In this document: piece after piece, positions 24,901 through 36,335 of the stretch | Layout of the letters: each line of letters opens with the position of its first letter | Position numbering within the stretch: position 1 is the first letter of the stretch | Source of the DNA: Psammoneis japonica | Taxonomy: Eukaryota | Assembly: GCA_008632985.1 (NCBI GenBank) | Contig: QPGO01000254.1 | Span: 1-64,000, forward strand | Direction of reading: 5' to 3' | Length of the DNA: 64,000 nt | The notes under the pieces: model-generated | What the model saw: only the letters and a program-made list of their open reading frames with translations | Told to the model about the DNA's origin: nothing | Databases searched by the model: none | Made by a program: the position numbers and the translations under genes

Positions 24901-27900
24901 GCTCTTGGGCAAATTCACACAAGTGTGGAACAATGGGACAATCACGACACACCGGCAGCACGTCCATCATGTGAAATGTGTCATTTTTGGCACGGCTTCT
25001 AAGCTCATTCTTGGTGCTTTCATCCAGTTTTGATGCATCTAAAAGCATGTCTGGAGTTTCATTTGGTGTTGCCATTGCCATCGTGTTGGCAATTGTTTTG
25101 GCTTGGTTTGACTCTGCACTCATGTCAGATGCTGTTGTGTCAGCATCATGGACTTTGGTTGGGTTGGTGATGGCATTGGATGCTGCAATTTTGTTGTTTT
25201 GTGCCAAAGCAGCAGTTTTGTTGTTTTGAGCCAAAGACTCTGTGCAACCCACTGAATCCTTTTCATTGTTTTGCACTGAGGAGACAGAGTTTCCCTTGGA
25301 GTCAAGATCATTTTCAGTGAAGAGAACAGACAATGCTGAGTTGGGTTCTTCTGGAGGTGGCACTTGAAGGTGGTTTGTCTGGAGCAGGACAGTGTCAGAG
25401 TGGCCTCTTCTGCAAACTTCTCCAATTGTGTTTCCCTTTGCATGGTTTGGCTCCTCGTCTGCTTCGTCATCTGAGAATCTGAGTGGCAGCTTCTGTGAAT
25501 CTAACAACACTTCATCAATTTGGACCAGAGCTTTTCCTTGGCCCACTGGCTCACTGCCATGTTTTGTGGAAACTCCCATGCCTCTGCAGTTGCCAATTCC
25601 AACCACAGCACCTCTTGCAATGACTTGTCCTCCACCAATTGTGTCTGCCATGCTGCCAACGTTCACAACATCAAGCTCAGCCACTGCCAATTCCAACCAC
25701 AGCACCTCTTGCAATGACTTGTTCTCCACCAATTGTGTCTGCCATGCTGCCAACCTTCACAACATCAAGCTCAGCAGGTGGCTGAATCAAGCCCTGGAGT
25801 TCTTGGGAAGAGACCACTTTCAGCAACTGCACTGTGAGAAGCTTGTGGACAATGGTGCCAGCTGCCACACATGCAAAAATCTCTCAGCTGGGTTGGCAGG
25901 AAGATGACTCTCTCTCACAACCAGCCCTTTGTCCCTTCTCTTTGTAAAGCAATCATGTCACATTTTCAAAATTCACTCTGCAAGAGCCTTTGCACAAGTG
26001 GAGCCGCAGTTGTCATGTGTCTTTGCAGTCACTGCTGTCTCCAAACGGTCTTTGACATTGATGCCATGACCCTTCAAAAGTCTGTTCAGGTTGCCACTGA
26101 TTTGTCTGCCACATGGAACAAGCCGCCCATCTTCCAACATGCACTTCAACCAAATGGGAAAGACCCTCATGGCATGAACATCAACAACTGCTGTGGGCAA
26201 CCCCTCAAAATGCACCTGCAGCCAATGCTCCCTCGTCAACAGCATGCCCCCTGCTGCTCCACTCTGCGTTGAGCCCATGGCACTTTCCATGATGGCTGGC
26301 ATTGAGATTGACCATTGCCTCATGATTCTCTTCAAAAACCTGATTGACATTGGCCACATCCTGAAAACAATGAAAATGCTGATGAGGCAATGAAAGAGCT
26401 GGGTTGGATTTTGGGACATGTGGGCTGACACCTTCCAACAGCTCTGCACAAGACACAGAAACAATGCAGGCACACACTGAGCAACTGAGAAAATCATTTG
26501 GAGCTTTGCATTTGTTCAACAACCATTCACACCTGAGAAAACACAATTGAACATGGCACTGTTGGCACCTGCATTGTCGGTGTCAAGTTGACTGAGCTTT
26601 GGGGCACATTGTGCCTTCCTTGCCACCTGAATGTGCTTCAAAAAGGGCTCCATTTCATCTTGTCCTTTGTCACCACCTGGCTCCCATCCTTCAGATGCAC
26701 CTGTGTCTTGCTTCAGTGCTTGAACATCACATCCATTGCAATCTGCGAGTCCTGGTTAAACTCAAAAAACCCTGCATGTGCTGCTCAAACACATTGTTCA
26801 CAAATGCAATGAAGCTTTTTGCAACTCTTGCAGCTGATGAACAGATTCCATTGTGCTTGCCAGGCTCTGAAAAGGCAGAGTGTGGCACTGTGTCCTGTCC
26901 ATGGCATCCAATGGTTTCAACCGGATCCCAGAGCTGAGGAGACTCTCACAGCAGCTCAGCTGCTGCTGTCAAGAGCAATCAAAAGATCTTGTCTTGTTCA
27001 CCATGGATGAGATCATTGTCTTCTGGGGAACATGGAGCTGACACCAAACCTGGAATGGAGTGATGGTTGCTTGGATTCTCCAAAGATGCTTTCAGGTGAG
27101 GTGGCATTGCCCGCTGCAAAGCCTCTTCATGCATGTTTGTCATTTCTCATCCACTGGTGGCTCTTGCTCTCCCCAATGGTGACTTTGTTTTGCAGCATCA
27201 AAGATTGGACACAAAGCTCCCATTTTCTTTTTTTTTGTTCAGGAAGTGCTTGGACCTCCCATCACAACCGGCATGATGTTCCTTCTTGTTGCTCTTGCTG
27301 TTCTTTGGACAACCTCTGGCAGCCATTGTTGCTCTTGTTTTTGTTGTTTTTTGATGTTGCCATTGCTCCAGCGGTGTGTCAAGCAAGAGACTCATGGCCC
27401 CATCTCTCTTTGCCCCCTCTGAGTGCGTTCTGCAAAAGCCGGGGGTGCATTGTGGTCAAAAACTGTTTTTGTTGAAAATGATGTGACTGTCCCTCACTCA
27501 GGTCTTTCTCTGCATGCCCAAGAGGAACCAGGGTGTCTCTGTGCACAACTCCCATGCTTCCTTCTCTCTTTCAAAAACTCAGCCCTCAGGTGAATGACAC
27601 CTGCCAAGTGCAGAGCATGCTGGCCAAATGTTTGTGTGCAATTTCTGTGGCACCACAGACTTCAGTGCAAATTCAACTGGGACTCCCTCAGCTTGGCCGA
27701 GCCAAATCGTCCATGTTTTCATCAAAAAGCCAAGCATCACAACAAAAGAAGAATCAAACCATCACAAGCACTGCACCTGGCTGCAGGGGAACACAGTTTG
27801 GGGGGTGAAAGTGCAATTTTGAATCTCATGTCATCAAACAAATGCATTTTTGCACCAAATCGGAAAATGCAACAAGTCGGTTTTTAGACAATGACATCTG
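22000..27900 (-). mobile_element. Highly decayed DNA transposon relic (transposase-like, 3'-5' exonuclease-like and Ulp1-like remnants)
   Basis: DTFHMMDVLP and RTNQLENFHQKL transposase-like motifs (about 24500-24990), LKCMLEDGRLVPCGRQISGNLNRL exonuclease-like (about 26080-26160), QGPNDCAVH Ulp1-like (about 23250); many stops. Confidence 0.4.
25591..25775. repeat. Tandem duplication, 94-bp period, 2 copies
   Basis: TGCCAATTCCAACCACAGCACCTCTTGCAATG...CAAGCTCAGC at 25591 and 25685. Confidence 0.95.
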
Positions 27901-28569
27901 TGGACACGTGGGTCGAAATTACACTTTGAGTGTCAAACCACATCATCTCTTGATGATCTTTTGACAATGCATGATTTCCTGAGTCTTGCAAAGGGGTGTC
28001 ATCATCATGCATTGCCTGCAAGTCATGTTTGGTTTTGAGTCCTGGGAATGGAAATTTTGCCACCAGTTTTGGTCACAGATGAGTGCAGGGATTTTGCCTT
28101 TTTTCTGCACAACCTCTTGCACTCTGGCATCCAATTTGCATGGTCCTGCGTGAATCCTCTGCAGAAGGATCCAACTTTTGGTGCACTCTGCGCCACCTGA
28201 CAATGACAGTCAAGATGATCCTCCTGCCAACATTTGTCATGGTCCTCTTTTGCTCTGCTCTACATGCAGGGGAGCAGGAGCATGGACATCTCCAGAACAT
28301 GGGCAATCCCCTTCCCTTCTCCAAGATTTCCAAACGGCCTGGTGACGCACTAACTGGTCGTTGTGCAGCTTTGACAACATCCAGCACAAAAGCTTTCAAA
28401 AAGAGCTTGGCAATGAAAAGCAGCAAGAGCCAATCAAGCAAGAGTGCAAAAAAGTCAAAAGGAAGCAAAGCAGGGAAAACCCAGAGAAGAGCTGCCAGCT
28501 AGAGGGCCCTCTCACGTTTCAACATTTTTTCCTCCATTTCTGAACAAAACACACTGCAAGTTGTCTGCA

Positions 28570-28970
28570 CGTCTCCTGCTTCCAAGAACTCTCACACAAC
28601 AACCAACACAATCATGATGCGCAAGAGAACACACTTCTCTAGCCAGACCCACCCGCTGTGTGCTGCTTTCATGACACACTCTGTTGTGGACACCACTGGC
28701 TGGCGACATGGCAGAATGTGGGAGAAAAAAGAAGGTGCCCAAATTGGTGCTTTTTTGGGCTGGTCCATCAAGGCCAGCTTGCAGCCTCAAGCCAGCAAAC
28801 TGCAACTGTCCCATGTGGCCAGACCATTGCAAACCAGTCAGCAATTGCAGTGTGACAATTGGGAGCTGGCAAGCAACAGCAATGAGTCAGAGGGTTGGCA
28901 TCAGCTGAAACAAAAAGAGAGATTGTGCTGGAGTCTGACAGCTCAAAACAGGAGCAGGATTTTCAGGCTG
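28570..28970 (-). mobile_element. Second degenerate CRE-like fragment
   Basis: GCAAGAGAACACACTTCTCT..CCAGACCC shared with 20346-20376 and colinear flanks. Confidence 0.5.
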
Positions 28971-29432
28971 TGTTGACAACTCAAAGGATGGCATCATCAA
29001 CTTGAAAGCAATCCAGCATGTGGAAAAGAAGTGCAACAGGCAAACGGCAAGCTGCGGCAGAAGCCTTGCCACCACTGCAACAAAGCAAGACACAGAGAGA
29101 TGCCCAGCAGCAGCATTTTTTCTTGTTGTGCACCCCTGCTCGAGAGCAAAGTTGCTGAAAGCGCTGACTGTTGAGGTTGAAGGGGAGGGTTGGGGGGAGG
29201 AAAAGCAAAAGTCAACAACACCATCACGCAATGTCATTCCAGGAAGTCTTCGTTGCAACGATCAATCACTGAAACAAACGCCGGTCTGCCTGTTGTACGC
29301 GCACGACGCGCCACCCACCACACAAAAAAGTAACAGCCACATCAATCAACAATGCATTGCAACCTACACGTAATATCAACAATAACAGAAGCTTTTGAAT
29401 CGTAGTTGAGTGGGAGAAGAAGAATCATAATA

Positions 29433-29879
29433 ATGTCCAAGAAACTTGTCAAGAAGCTTTTACAGGAAACAATTGAAGCGGACAGTTTTCGTAATGAATC
29501 ATTGTCTCAATCAAGAAAAGCAAAGAAAAAGCGAAAACGCGCTGACGCCGAGAACGATGCAATCGTACCACTGGATCCAGTTCAAGTTCAAGTCGAAAGG
29601 ATGCTAGAGTTGGACCGAGCCATATCCTCACGTGATTTAACGCGGCAGCGAGTGGTTACAAGCAACAAGTCGTCGTCAACAAGTAAAAAACGAAAAAGCA
29701 ATATTCGAGGAATTGGAAACAGTCGAGCAAGCTGCAGCACCAACAGTGGTTCGACAAGACGAAACCGCGAGCCCACCTTTGATAAAAAGAAGTACCAACA
29801 AGAAAAGAAACAAAAATCACTCCGAGATATTGCGTTGCGATTGAAAAAGGAAAAGTCCTTGTTGCAGAACAAGAAGTAG
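29433..29879 (+). CDS. Small basic Lys/Arg-rich hypothetical protein
   Basis: Intact ORF in normal-composition DNA with NLS-like KAKKKRKR. Confidence 0.65.
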   Translation: MSKKLVKKLLQETIEADSFRNESLSQSRKAKKKRKRADAENDAIVPLDPVQVQVERMLELDRAISSRDLTRQRVVTSNKSSSTSKKRKSNIRGIGNSRASCSTNSGSTRRNREPTFDKKKYQQEKKQKSLRDIALRLKKEKSLLQNKK

Positions 29880-31180
29880 AGAGTGTGGTTTGAGCTATTT
29901 GTATTGTCTCGGCGTGTTGCTTCCTGGGAATCCAATCAGAGTGCTGCTTGTGAATATAGTCAATTTGCGTGGGCTTTCTTTTGCGTTTGTGAAGTTTCCT
30001 GTATTATTGATAAGGGACGCACGTGGCTCGTTGCACTCAGCAACAGGTCACGTTCCATCTGGAGTAGTCACGTTTGTGCGTCTCAGTTTGAGTAGAGTAC
30101 GTTACCGTTATAAGCAAGAGTGTATGCAGGGATGCCTTTTTTGTGCTGGAAACCATTTCTAACGTGTACTTGAAAGTGATATAGGATCACAACAGCAATA
30201 CAGTTGCTTCTAACTTACAAGCCGTCGCACTCCTTGCAAAGGGGTGTATAATTCGGGGTGTACTTTTGGAATAGGTTCGCCGATCAAGAACGCGCTTGGC
30301 CTGTCATGTTGCATCGGGCCATTTTTGGGTCGATCGAACAGCTCTTTGTAGTTTCGACGGAAAATTGTGCCGGTGACACCCCCTGTGGTTAGCCCCGTCC
30401 ATCTTAAAGATTGTTACCCGTCAAAGGAAGCCGCCCGCGACTTTTGTAACGGCGTGGCCCTTCAGGGCAAAGCATTGGGCCTTCGCTTCGAAATTGATAT
30501 CGGCAAATTCGCAATGCCGAACAATGAGCGTATGTCCCCATCATGGCCGTCGTGGGTGAAAAGGAAATGCAACGTCAATAACCGTGGCCGCCCGAAGTTG
30601 CAAACTCGGTGATTTTTAGGCTCCTTTGCCATTGATGACCTTTTGGAGGAACTCGCTCGGAAGAAATGACACTCCTCGGTAACGAAGAACAATGCCCGAA
30701 ACACAGTAAAATAGCGAAAAAATGTAGCCCCGTGTGCGCATCGTGTCAATGTTTCTGGTTAAAAAGAGAGTGGAGAAGAAATGTATGAACAAAACACAGC
30801 ATCAAATGATCCATCTTGCCGAGATGGGAGGGAACCCTCCGTGTTGTTTTCAGGATCGACAAGCATCTTTCAACGCATCCTTTGTGACAATCACAAGTAA
30901 GTTGCAATTTGCAGAGGATCTCCACCAAAATAGGAGCACTACCGAAATGAAAGGAGTACAAAGCGCTCGATATCTGCATTATGATAGATAGTTTGTTCAA
31001 AGAATAACCGTAACCCATTAACGCTCTAAAGCTCAACAATGCTACTGCTGTGGATCTAAATCTCTCACACCGTTTGACGTGTGTGCCTGTATGTGAGGGA
31101 ATAGAAGCCTTAGTCAATGAAAGTCCCGAAAAAGACTTTCACGAAACTGCATGCATACATTCAAAGACTTTTCAAAAGAC

Positions 31181-31996
31181 TCAATTTTTGCCATAGAGCA
31201 ACCTCTTAAATTTCCAAAAAAAGTAAAAGAGACAAATACGTAGAACGTGGACCGCGGGGGAAAAGTCAAGACGGTATAAGACAAATTCAGCCGCGTATTT
31301 CTCGGAGGGATCGTACTTCATGGACAGTCCCAACCGTTCTAAGCCGTACCGTTGCTCGTATACACGGGCCAGTTTTGGCGACGCCGTCCCAATGCCAAGC
31401 GTGGCTCCACTTTGTTTTGCAAAGTAAGCCATGGCGAAACCCATGTTGAGAGAAATCAGCATGGATCCACGAACATGAGGGAGCTCAGCGATGCGATTCA
31501 TCTCGCAGACAGCGGGTGGCTGGCGATGATGGGCTGCGGCGGGGGAGGCGGTGATTGCATTGCTGGCAGAAAATGCGCCGCCCCAAGTCGAGATGTGGTC
31601 TTGGACACGTTCCCACAAGACCTCTTGGGCTGAATCGTCCAGGTAGTGCATGAATTCGAGTTGGGGACCTGCCACGACACGGGCCACGGCCACGAGTTGG
31701 CCTTTCTGAAAGACGCCAAACCAGTCGGCGTCAATGGTGTCTTCGCACATCTGGGAATCTTTGTCCATGTGTAATCCAGAAGGATTTGATGGATTAGGAT
31801 CCCACCCATATTCGACGTGATAGACCTGGTACAGCAGTTTCTTCGCGGCTTCAATCTCCCCTGGTGTGCCCAATTGCTTGGTCTGGACACCTGTCAACGC
31901 CTGCAAGAAAGGCGACCAGGGTGGAGACGTGGTGGTGGCCTCAGCAGTGCTGCCATCTGCAGGGGCTGTGTTGTTCTTGTCATTGTTGGTCTTCAT
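31181..31996 (-). CDS. GNAT-fold acyltransferase, acyl-homoserine-lactone synthase/FeeM-like
   Basis: EIEAAKKLLYQVY..EYGW, ED..DADWFGVF..GQLVAVARVV, VCEMNRIA, RVYEQRYGL follow the motif order of the LuxI/FeeM-like GNAT group; intronless. Confidence 0.55.
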   Translation of the reverse strand: MKTNNDKNNTAPADGSTAEATTTSPPWSPFLQALTGVQTKQLGTPGEIEAAKKLLYQVYHVEYGWDPNPSNPSGLHMDKDSQMCEDTIDADWFGVFQKGQLVAVARVVAGPQLEFMHYLDDSAQEVLWERVQDHISTWGGAFSASNAITASPAAAHHRQPPAVCEMNRIAELPHVRGSMLISLNMGFAMAYFAKQSGATLGIGTASPKLARVYEQRYGLERLGLSMKYDPSEKYAAEFVLYRLDFSPAVHVLRICLFYFFWKFKRLLYGKN

Positions 31997-32369
31997 AATA
32001 GTTCTTCTTGAAGACAAAAACCACACCGGTTCGTTCTTTCTCTTTACAGAGTTTCTACGCGACTTGTTGGTGTGTTTTCTTTACACTTCTTTACAGAGAG
32101 GTATTTGATTTCTCAGACCGGTTTTGCGATGACTTTGAGTGCCCAAAACACTTGCTTACAGTTGAATGGTCTTGATAAGTTGTCCACGAATGCTTTCAAA
32201 AAAAAAATTATGTGGGAAAAGCCACAATTGAATTGACTGCAGCCACAGTTCGGGTTTTCGGTGAAAGTGGGATACGCAGTCAGTCGTACGAGTAAGGGGC
32301 AGTTGTCGCGAGCATTCGGTCGCGTGCTGCGCGCGTGAGATCCGAATTGATTCTGGCGCCGTAATCAGC

Positions 32370-33890
32370 ATGTTGCTGGATTTTTGTTGTCTTCTCGGTG
32401 TGGTGTCGATGGTCTCTGTCAGCAACAGGTTGGCACACTTTCCGCAAGGGTAGTCTGGCCCAAGCAGGGTCATCTAATGCTTGTGCAGGGAGAGACCAGC
32501 ACCATCCTCCCATTGAGGACGTCTGGAGCTGATCTGGGGCGAAGGGATGCGTGATCCCCTGAGGCAATGGTGAGTTGCTCGTACCAAAGTGATGCTCATT
32601 CTCGTGTTAACATAGCTGCATACCTCTGAATGTGGCTTTTGCCATTTCTCAGCCACTTTGGCAGAGATTCTGCGCAACGCTGCTTTGGCTTCCTTGCCAA
32701 GCGGTCCATCGCATGAAACGAAGGAAGGGAGCAAAGTGGCGACGTTGTTCAAGGCAGGGCTTGAGGCACTTGTGCTTTTTCTCTTGTTTGTGTTGTTCCA
32801 GAACTTGCTCTGGTGTTTTGGACAGGTGTGATTTCGCGTCCGTGTCCGGGGTGCGAACATTCATGACAGTGTCTGTCCTTTTGTCCCAAAATCCTTTAGA
32901 CAAAAGATCTCCACGGTCGCCATCCTTGGACATGCTGGAGCATGTGTTGCCTTGCGAGTTGTTGGAGGTGCCTGGGCTTCCTGAGGCATGACCAATGGGT
33001 TTAATGAGGGGTTTGTTGCGTGCACAGGAAGGCTTGAAGGCTGCTCCGATTGGGTCGCCAAGGTCATCACGCACATTGTCGTGTCTTGAGATGACTGGAC
33101 CGCCCTTCTTGCACTGCAGGGCATGGTTGACAGAGAGTTTGCAGCCGCATCCATTGCAGCACTCAAGAAGGTTGGGGGGAGTGCTGCTGCATTGCAGGTG
33201 GAGCACGTCAAGGAATTCTGGACAAGAGAGTTCCGTGCCGTTCAGTGTCGATGGGTGCACTGACAGCCATGCACCGGCACTTGTGCCACGCTTGACAGCT
33301 CTGGCCTTGAGGTCAGATGGAGTCCGGAGGATTGTCTTGAGTTTCTCCTCGTGCATCTTGGCTTTCCCATTGGCCACTTCTTCTTTCACTTTGTGCATCG
33401 TGTCCTTGTTGACTGCTGGAGAGAAATCCGAGTGGCCGCAAAGTGAGTCTGTCACGTGAGAGCACTTGCTTCACAGTTTTGGGATGCAGACTCCATTGGA
33501 CAAGGGATTGACAGTCCTGCAAATTTGATTGGGAGGGCAGACAGGGCCAGCCTTGGATCATTGTCAGCCAAGGTCTTGCCAATTGACGCTGGAAGAAATT
33601 GGCGATGGATCGCGTGTTCCACTTCCGTGGAGGATTCTCCACAATCCTTTGCTGCACGTTGGACGCATTGCCGCTGGTGCTGTGGGGAAGACCAGCGCAG
33701 GCAGTCTGTGGGTGGTGAGTTGCAACAGCCATGACTTGGCTTTCTCCGCTGGCCATCGGTCATGTGCTTCCATCTCTCCGACGAAGCCTCCAAGGTGGCG
33801 GCCACCTGAGCAGACAGTGAAGCCAAGGTCTCCAAAGTGCTCCCTGGCATGCTCCAGGCTGCGTTCTGGGACTGCTGGGACACTTTTCTA
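32370..33890 (-). mobile_element. 5'-truncated CRE-like non-LTR retrotransposon (RT C-terminus, zinc knuckle, restriction-like endonuclease)
   Basis: RHLGGFVG, LPIKFAGLSIP, GAWLSVHPS, C..C..HALQCKKGG..RHD, RGDLL.KGFW..DT, EQRRHFAPF, HCLRGSR; frameshifted, with Tyr to His/Cys changes. Confidence 0.85.
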
Positions 33891-33899
33891 TGCAAGCAC

Positions 33900-35600
33900 C
33901 CACCAGCAGCCCCTGCGTGTGTTTCTACGCGTGCTCTCGTACAGATGTTGCTCTTTTTAGATGGCGTTTTGCTGGGTCCCTTGTCAACCTTTTGGCCCCT
34001 TCTGCCATTGGTGCACCCTTTTATCTCCATGATGTGCAACAATTTTCAGTGGAAAATGACTGGCGTCAACACCTTGTGGTTCGCATGCTTGTTGTCTTAT
34101 TTGGCAATTTTTTGCGGATTTGGTGCAATTTCTACACAGAATCCAATGCAAATTCCACACGCTTCAGAAACACACACCGACAGTCATTGCATCTCCGACA
34201 TGATCAACTTCCTTCAATGCCCAAAAGCCCCCAACAATTTCTTTTACTCCAACTGGCTGCCCAAGTTCTTCACCTCATGTGGTGAAAGTGCTGTCCCTGT
34301 TGTGGCGCCTGTGAGTGTTCACATGGAGAAACCATCGGCATCCTCTCAAATGACTCCCATTGGCTGCAGCACATTGTGCAGTGTTCACAGAGCACCAGGG
34401 TGAACTTGTGGTGGGCAAAGCTCTTCATTTGTGGATGATGCCATTTGCACAGGGTGCGCAAAGCAAGCACAATGCATTTTGCACAATCCAACCTTTAACA
34501 GCAACATGTGCCAACTCACAAATTGTTCTTGGCCATCTTTCAACTGCTTGACATCTGCCTCCAAATTTTGCACATGAGGGAGACACACCTGTGGTCACAC
34601 AAGACAATTGCAAATTTTGGTGTTCAGCACAGAGCCCAGCTGGGGTCATTGTGGCCTGCAAAGGAACAGTGCCAGGGCTGACTTGGCTGACATCAAGATG
34701 GCAGAACCCCCAAAGCAAAAGTGCCAAGAAGCAACATGTGAGTTCATGAACATCACTCACTTGTCAGCCACAAACATTTCTCAAGAAGCCAACAACACAT
34801 GTGTGACCTGAAAGCACTCCAGCACAGACATGGCCGGTGCCAAAAAGGCACAAATGATGATGCTCTTCCCCAATGGGCCTCAACATGTTTGACAGTGTGC
34901 TCTCAGCCCAGCAGCAACAATGTGCCTGTGTGACTGCACAGAGTCAAGAAGATGACTTTGCAAGAAGCTCACTCTGGCGGCATTGGTGTGGGAGTCTGCT
35001 TGGTCAGAAGGTGCTCTCCTGAGCTTGTGCACAGGAGTTTTTGAAACTCCTGCCTCTCAAACCATGTGATGGCACACCACACAAAGTCATGTGTGTGTCA
35101 TGGGTGTGCCAAAAGCAACCCAACAAACAAAATTGGCTGGAGAAGATGTGAAAACAACAGGGCGATGATGTCCATGGAAACACTGCATTGGCAAATGCAA
35201 CAACATTGGTTTGTTGCAGCACAAACTTTGCTGGAGAGGTTTGCTTGATGCTCAATGTTTGGCTTGCTGCTGGTGTCTTTCTCCATCGTGGCTGAATGCA
35301 TGTTTGCTTCTTGCTCAAATCTCTGCACACTTTTCTGCACTCATCCTCCTCCTTAACCACAACATGGCTTGCTGGTGCGTTGGAGTCTTGGTGTGGGTTC
35401 TGTGTGTCAAACCACTGGATGATTCAAAGTTGTTTTCTGCTGCTGCTTTGCGGCACTTTTTCTGCATGTGACGAGAAGCCAATCTGCTGGTGTGGCAACG
35501 ATGTGCTGGCAGGGCGGAGATTTGACTTCAACAATGTCCCACACACTGGAGGCTCCTAAAAACAAAATTCACTGAGCATGATGGTTTTTTGCCTCAGTTG
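33900..35600. repeat. Degenerate repeat relic depleted of TpA and CpG
   Basis: Composition only; no confident protein motif. Confidence 0.45.
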
Positions 35601-35744
35601 AGAGGTCATTTGTGTGGAGGTGCTGCTTCATTGCGCCAGTCAGCAAAGTGTTGAACCACTGAGTGGTTCGACATTTTCCCGAGTGGGGTCACGAGCCAAT
35701 GATGTCATGCATGCAAGAGTGAGGAGTCGCGCGTACCAAAGAAA

Positions 35745-35879
35745 TGAGCAAATGCAGTCATGCTGTCGCTGTGTGTTTGCACAGAACAACCTCACAATTT
35801 CCAGAACCTGTTGTTTGCCGCACCAACACTTTCTATCATATCTTGTCAAATTCCTAGAGACTACAGCGTAAATTACTCA
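35745..35879 (+). repeat. 5' LTR (135 bp, about 40 bp shorter internally than the 3' LTR)
   Basis: TGAGCAAATGCAGTCATGCTG...CGTAAATTACTCA, matches 55172-55346. Confidence 0.92.
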
Positions 35880-35880
35880 C

Positions 35881-35892
35881 TTTATCAGAGCC
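35881..35892 (+). promoter_or_regulatory. Primer-binding-site-like motif TTTATCAGAGCC
   Basis: Immediately after the 5' LTR; resembles the canonical tRNA-iMet PBS TGGTATCAGAGC. Confidence 0.65.
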
Positions 35893-36335
35893 AATGACTT
35901 CTCTCTTTGTTCTGTAGCCTGGAACGGGCAATGGTTTAGCGGCCATTCTATCGATTTTTGCGGCAAGCGCCATGGTCCATGGACGCTCGCGTAATCGAAA
36001 TTATTCACTATAAATATAATCTAGTTATGAATACGAACATACTTCGCTCGTTGGACCTGAGCGATGCGCAACGGAAATTAATCGTTGGAAACGATTTAAT
36101 GTACGCGTAATACTAATATATACTAGGATATATAGAGTATGGAATTATTTAAAGAAATTGACATTCCGTTAATTTACCGGTTTCAATGTCGTTGGTTGAG
36201 CCGACTTTTGCCGTTGGCGATCGCGCACCGGGTGCACGATGGAAACACACCACGACCTCACTTTTCTCGTGAAAATCGAAACGAAACACGCACACACGCA
36301 CATCATACCTCTGACGAGGTTATTTCGATTACACA

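Noticed and set aside
20100..29300. Dense overlapping Cys/His/Gln-rich ORFs on all six frames (also 1-1440 and 32.5-55 kb)
   Set aside because: Loss of TA removes TAA/TAG stops and Tyr codons, inflating spurious ORFs; they are not evidence of genes
30230..31140. Possible hAT-like remnant (PRWEGTLR) or MITE
   Set aside because: Single weak motif and no terminal repeats found
34270..34760. CFAHPVQM as a hAT CxxH motif
   Set aside because: Cys/His are artificially enriched in this DNA; no supporting motifs
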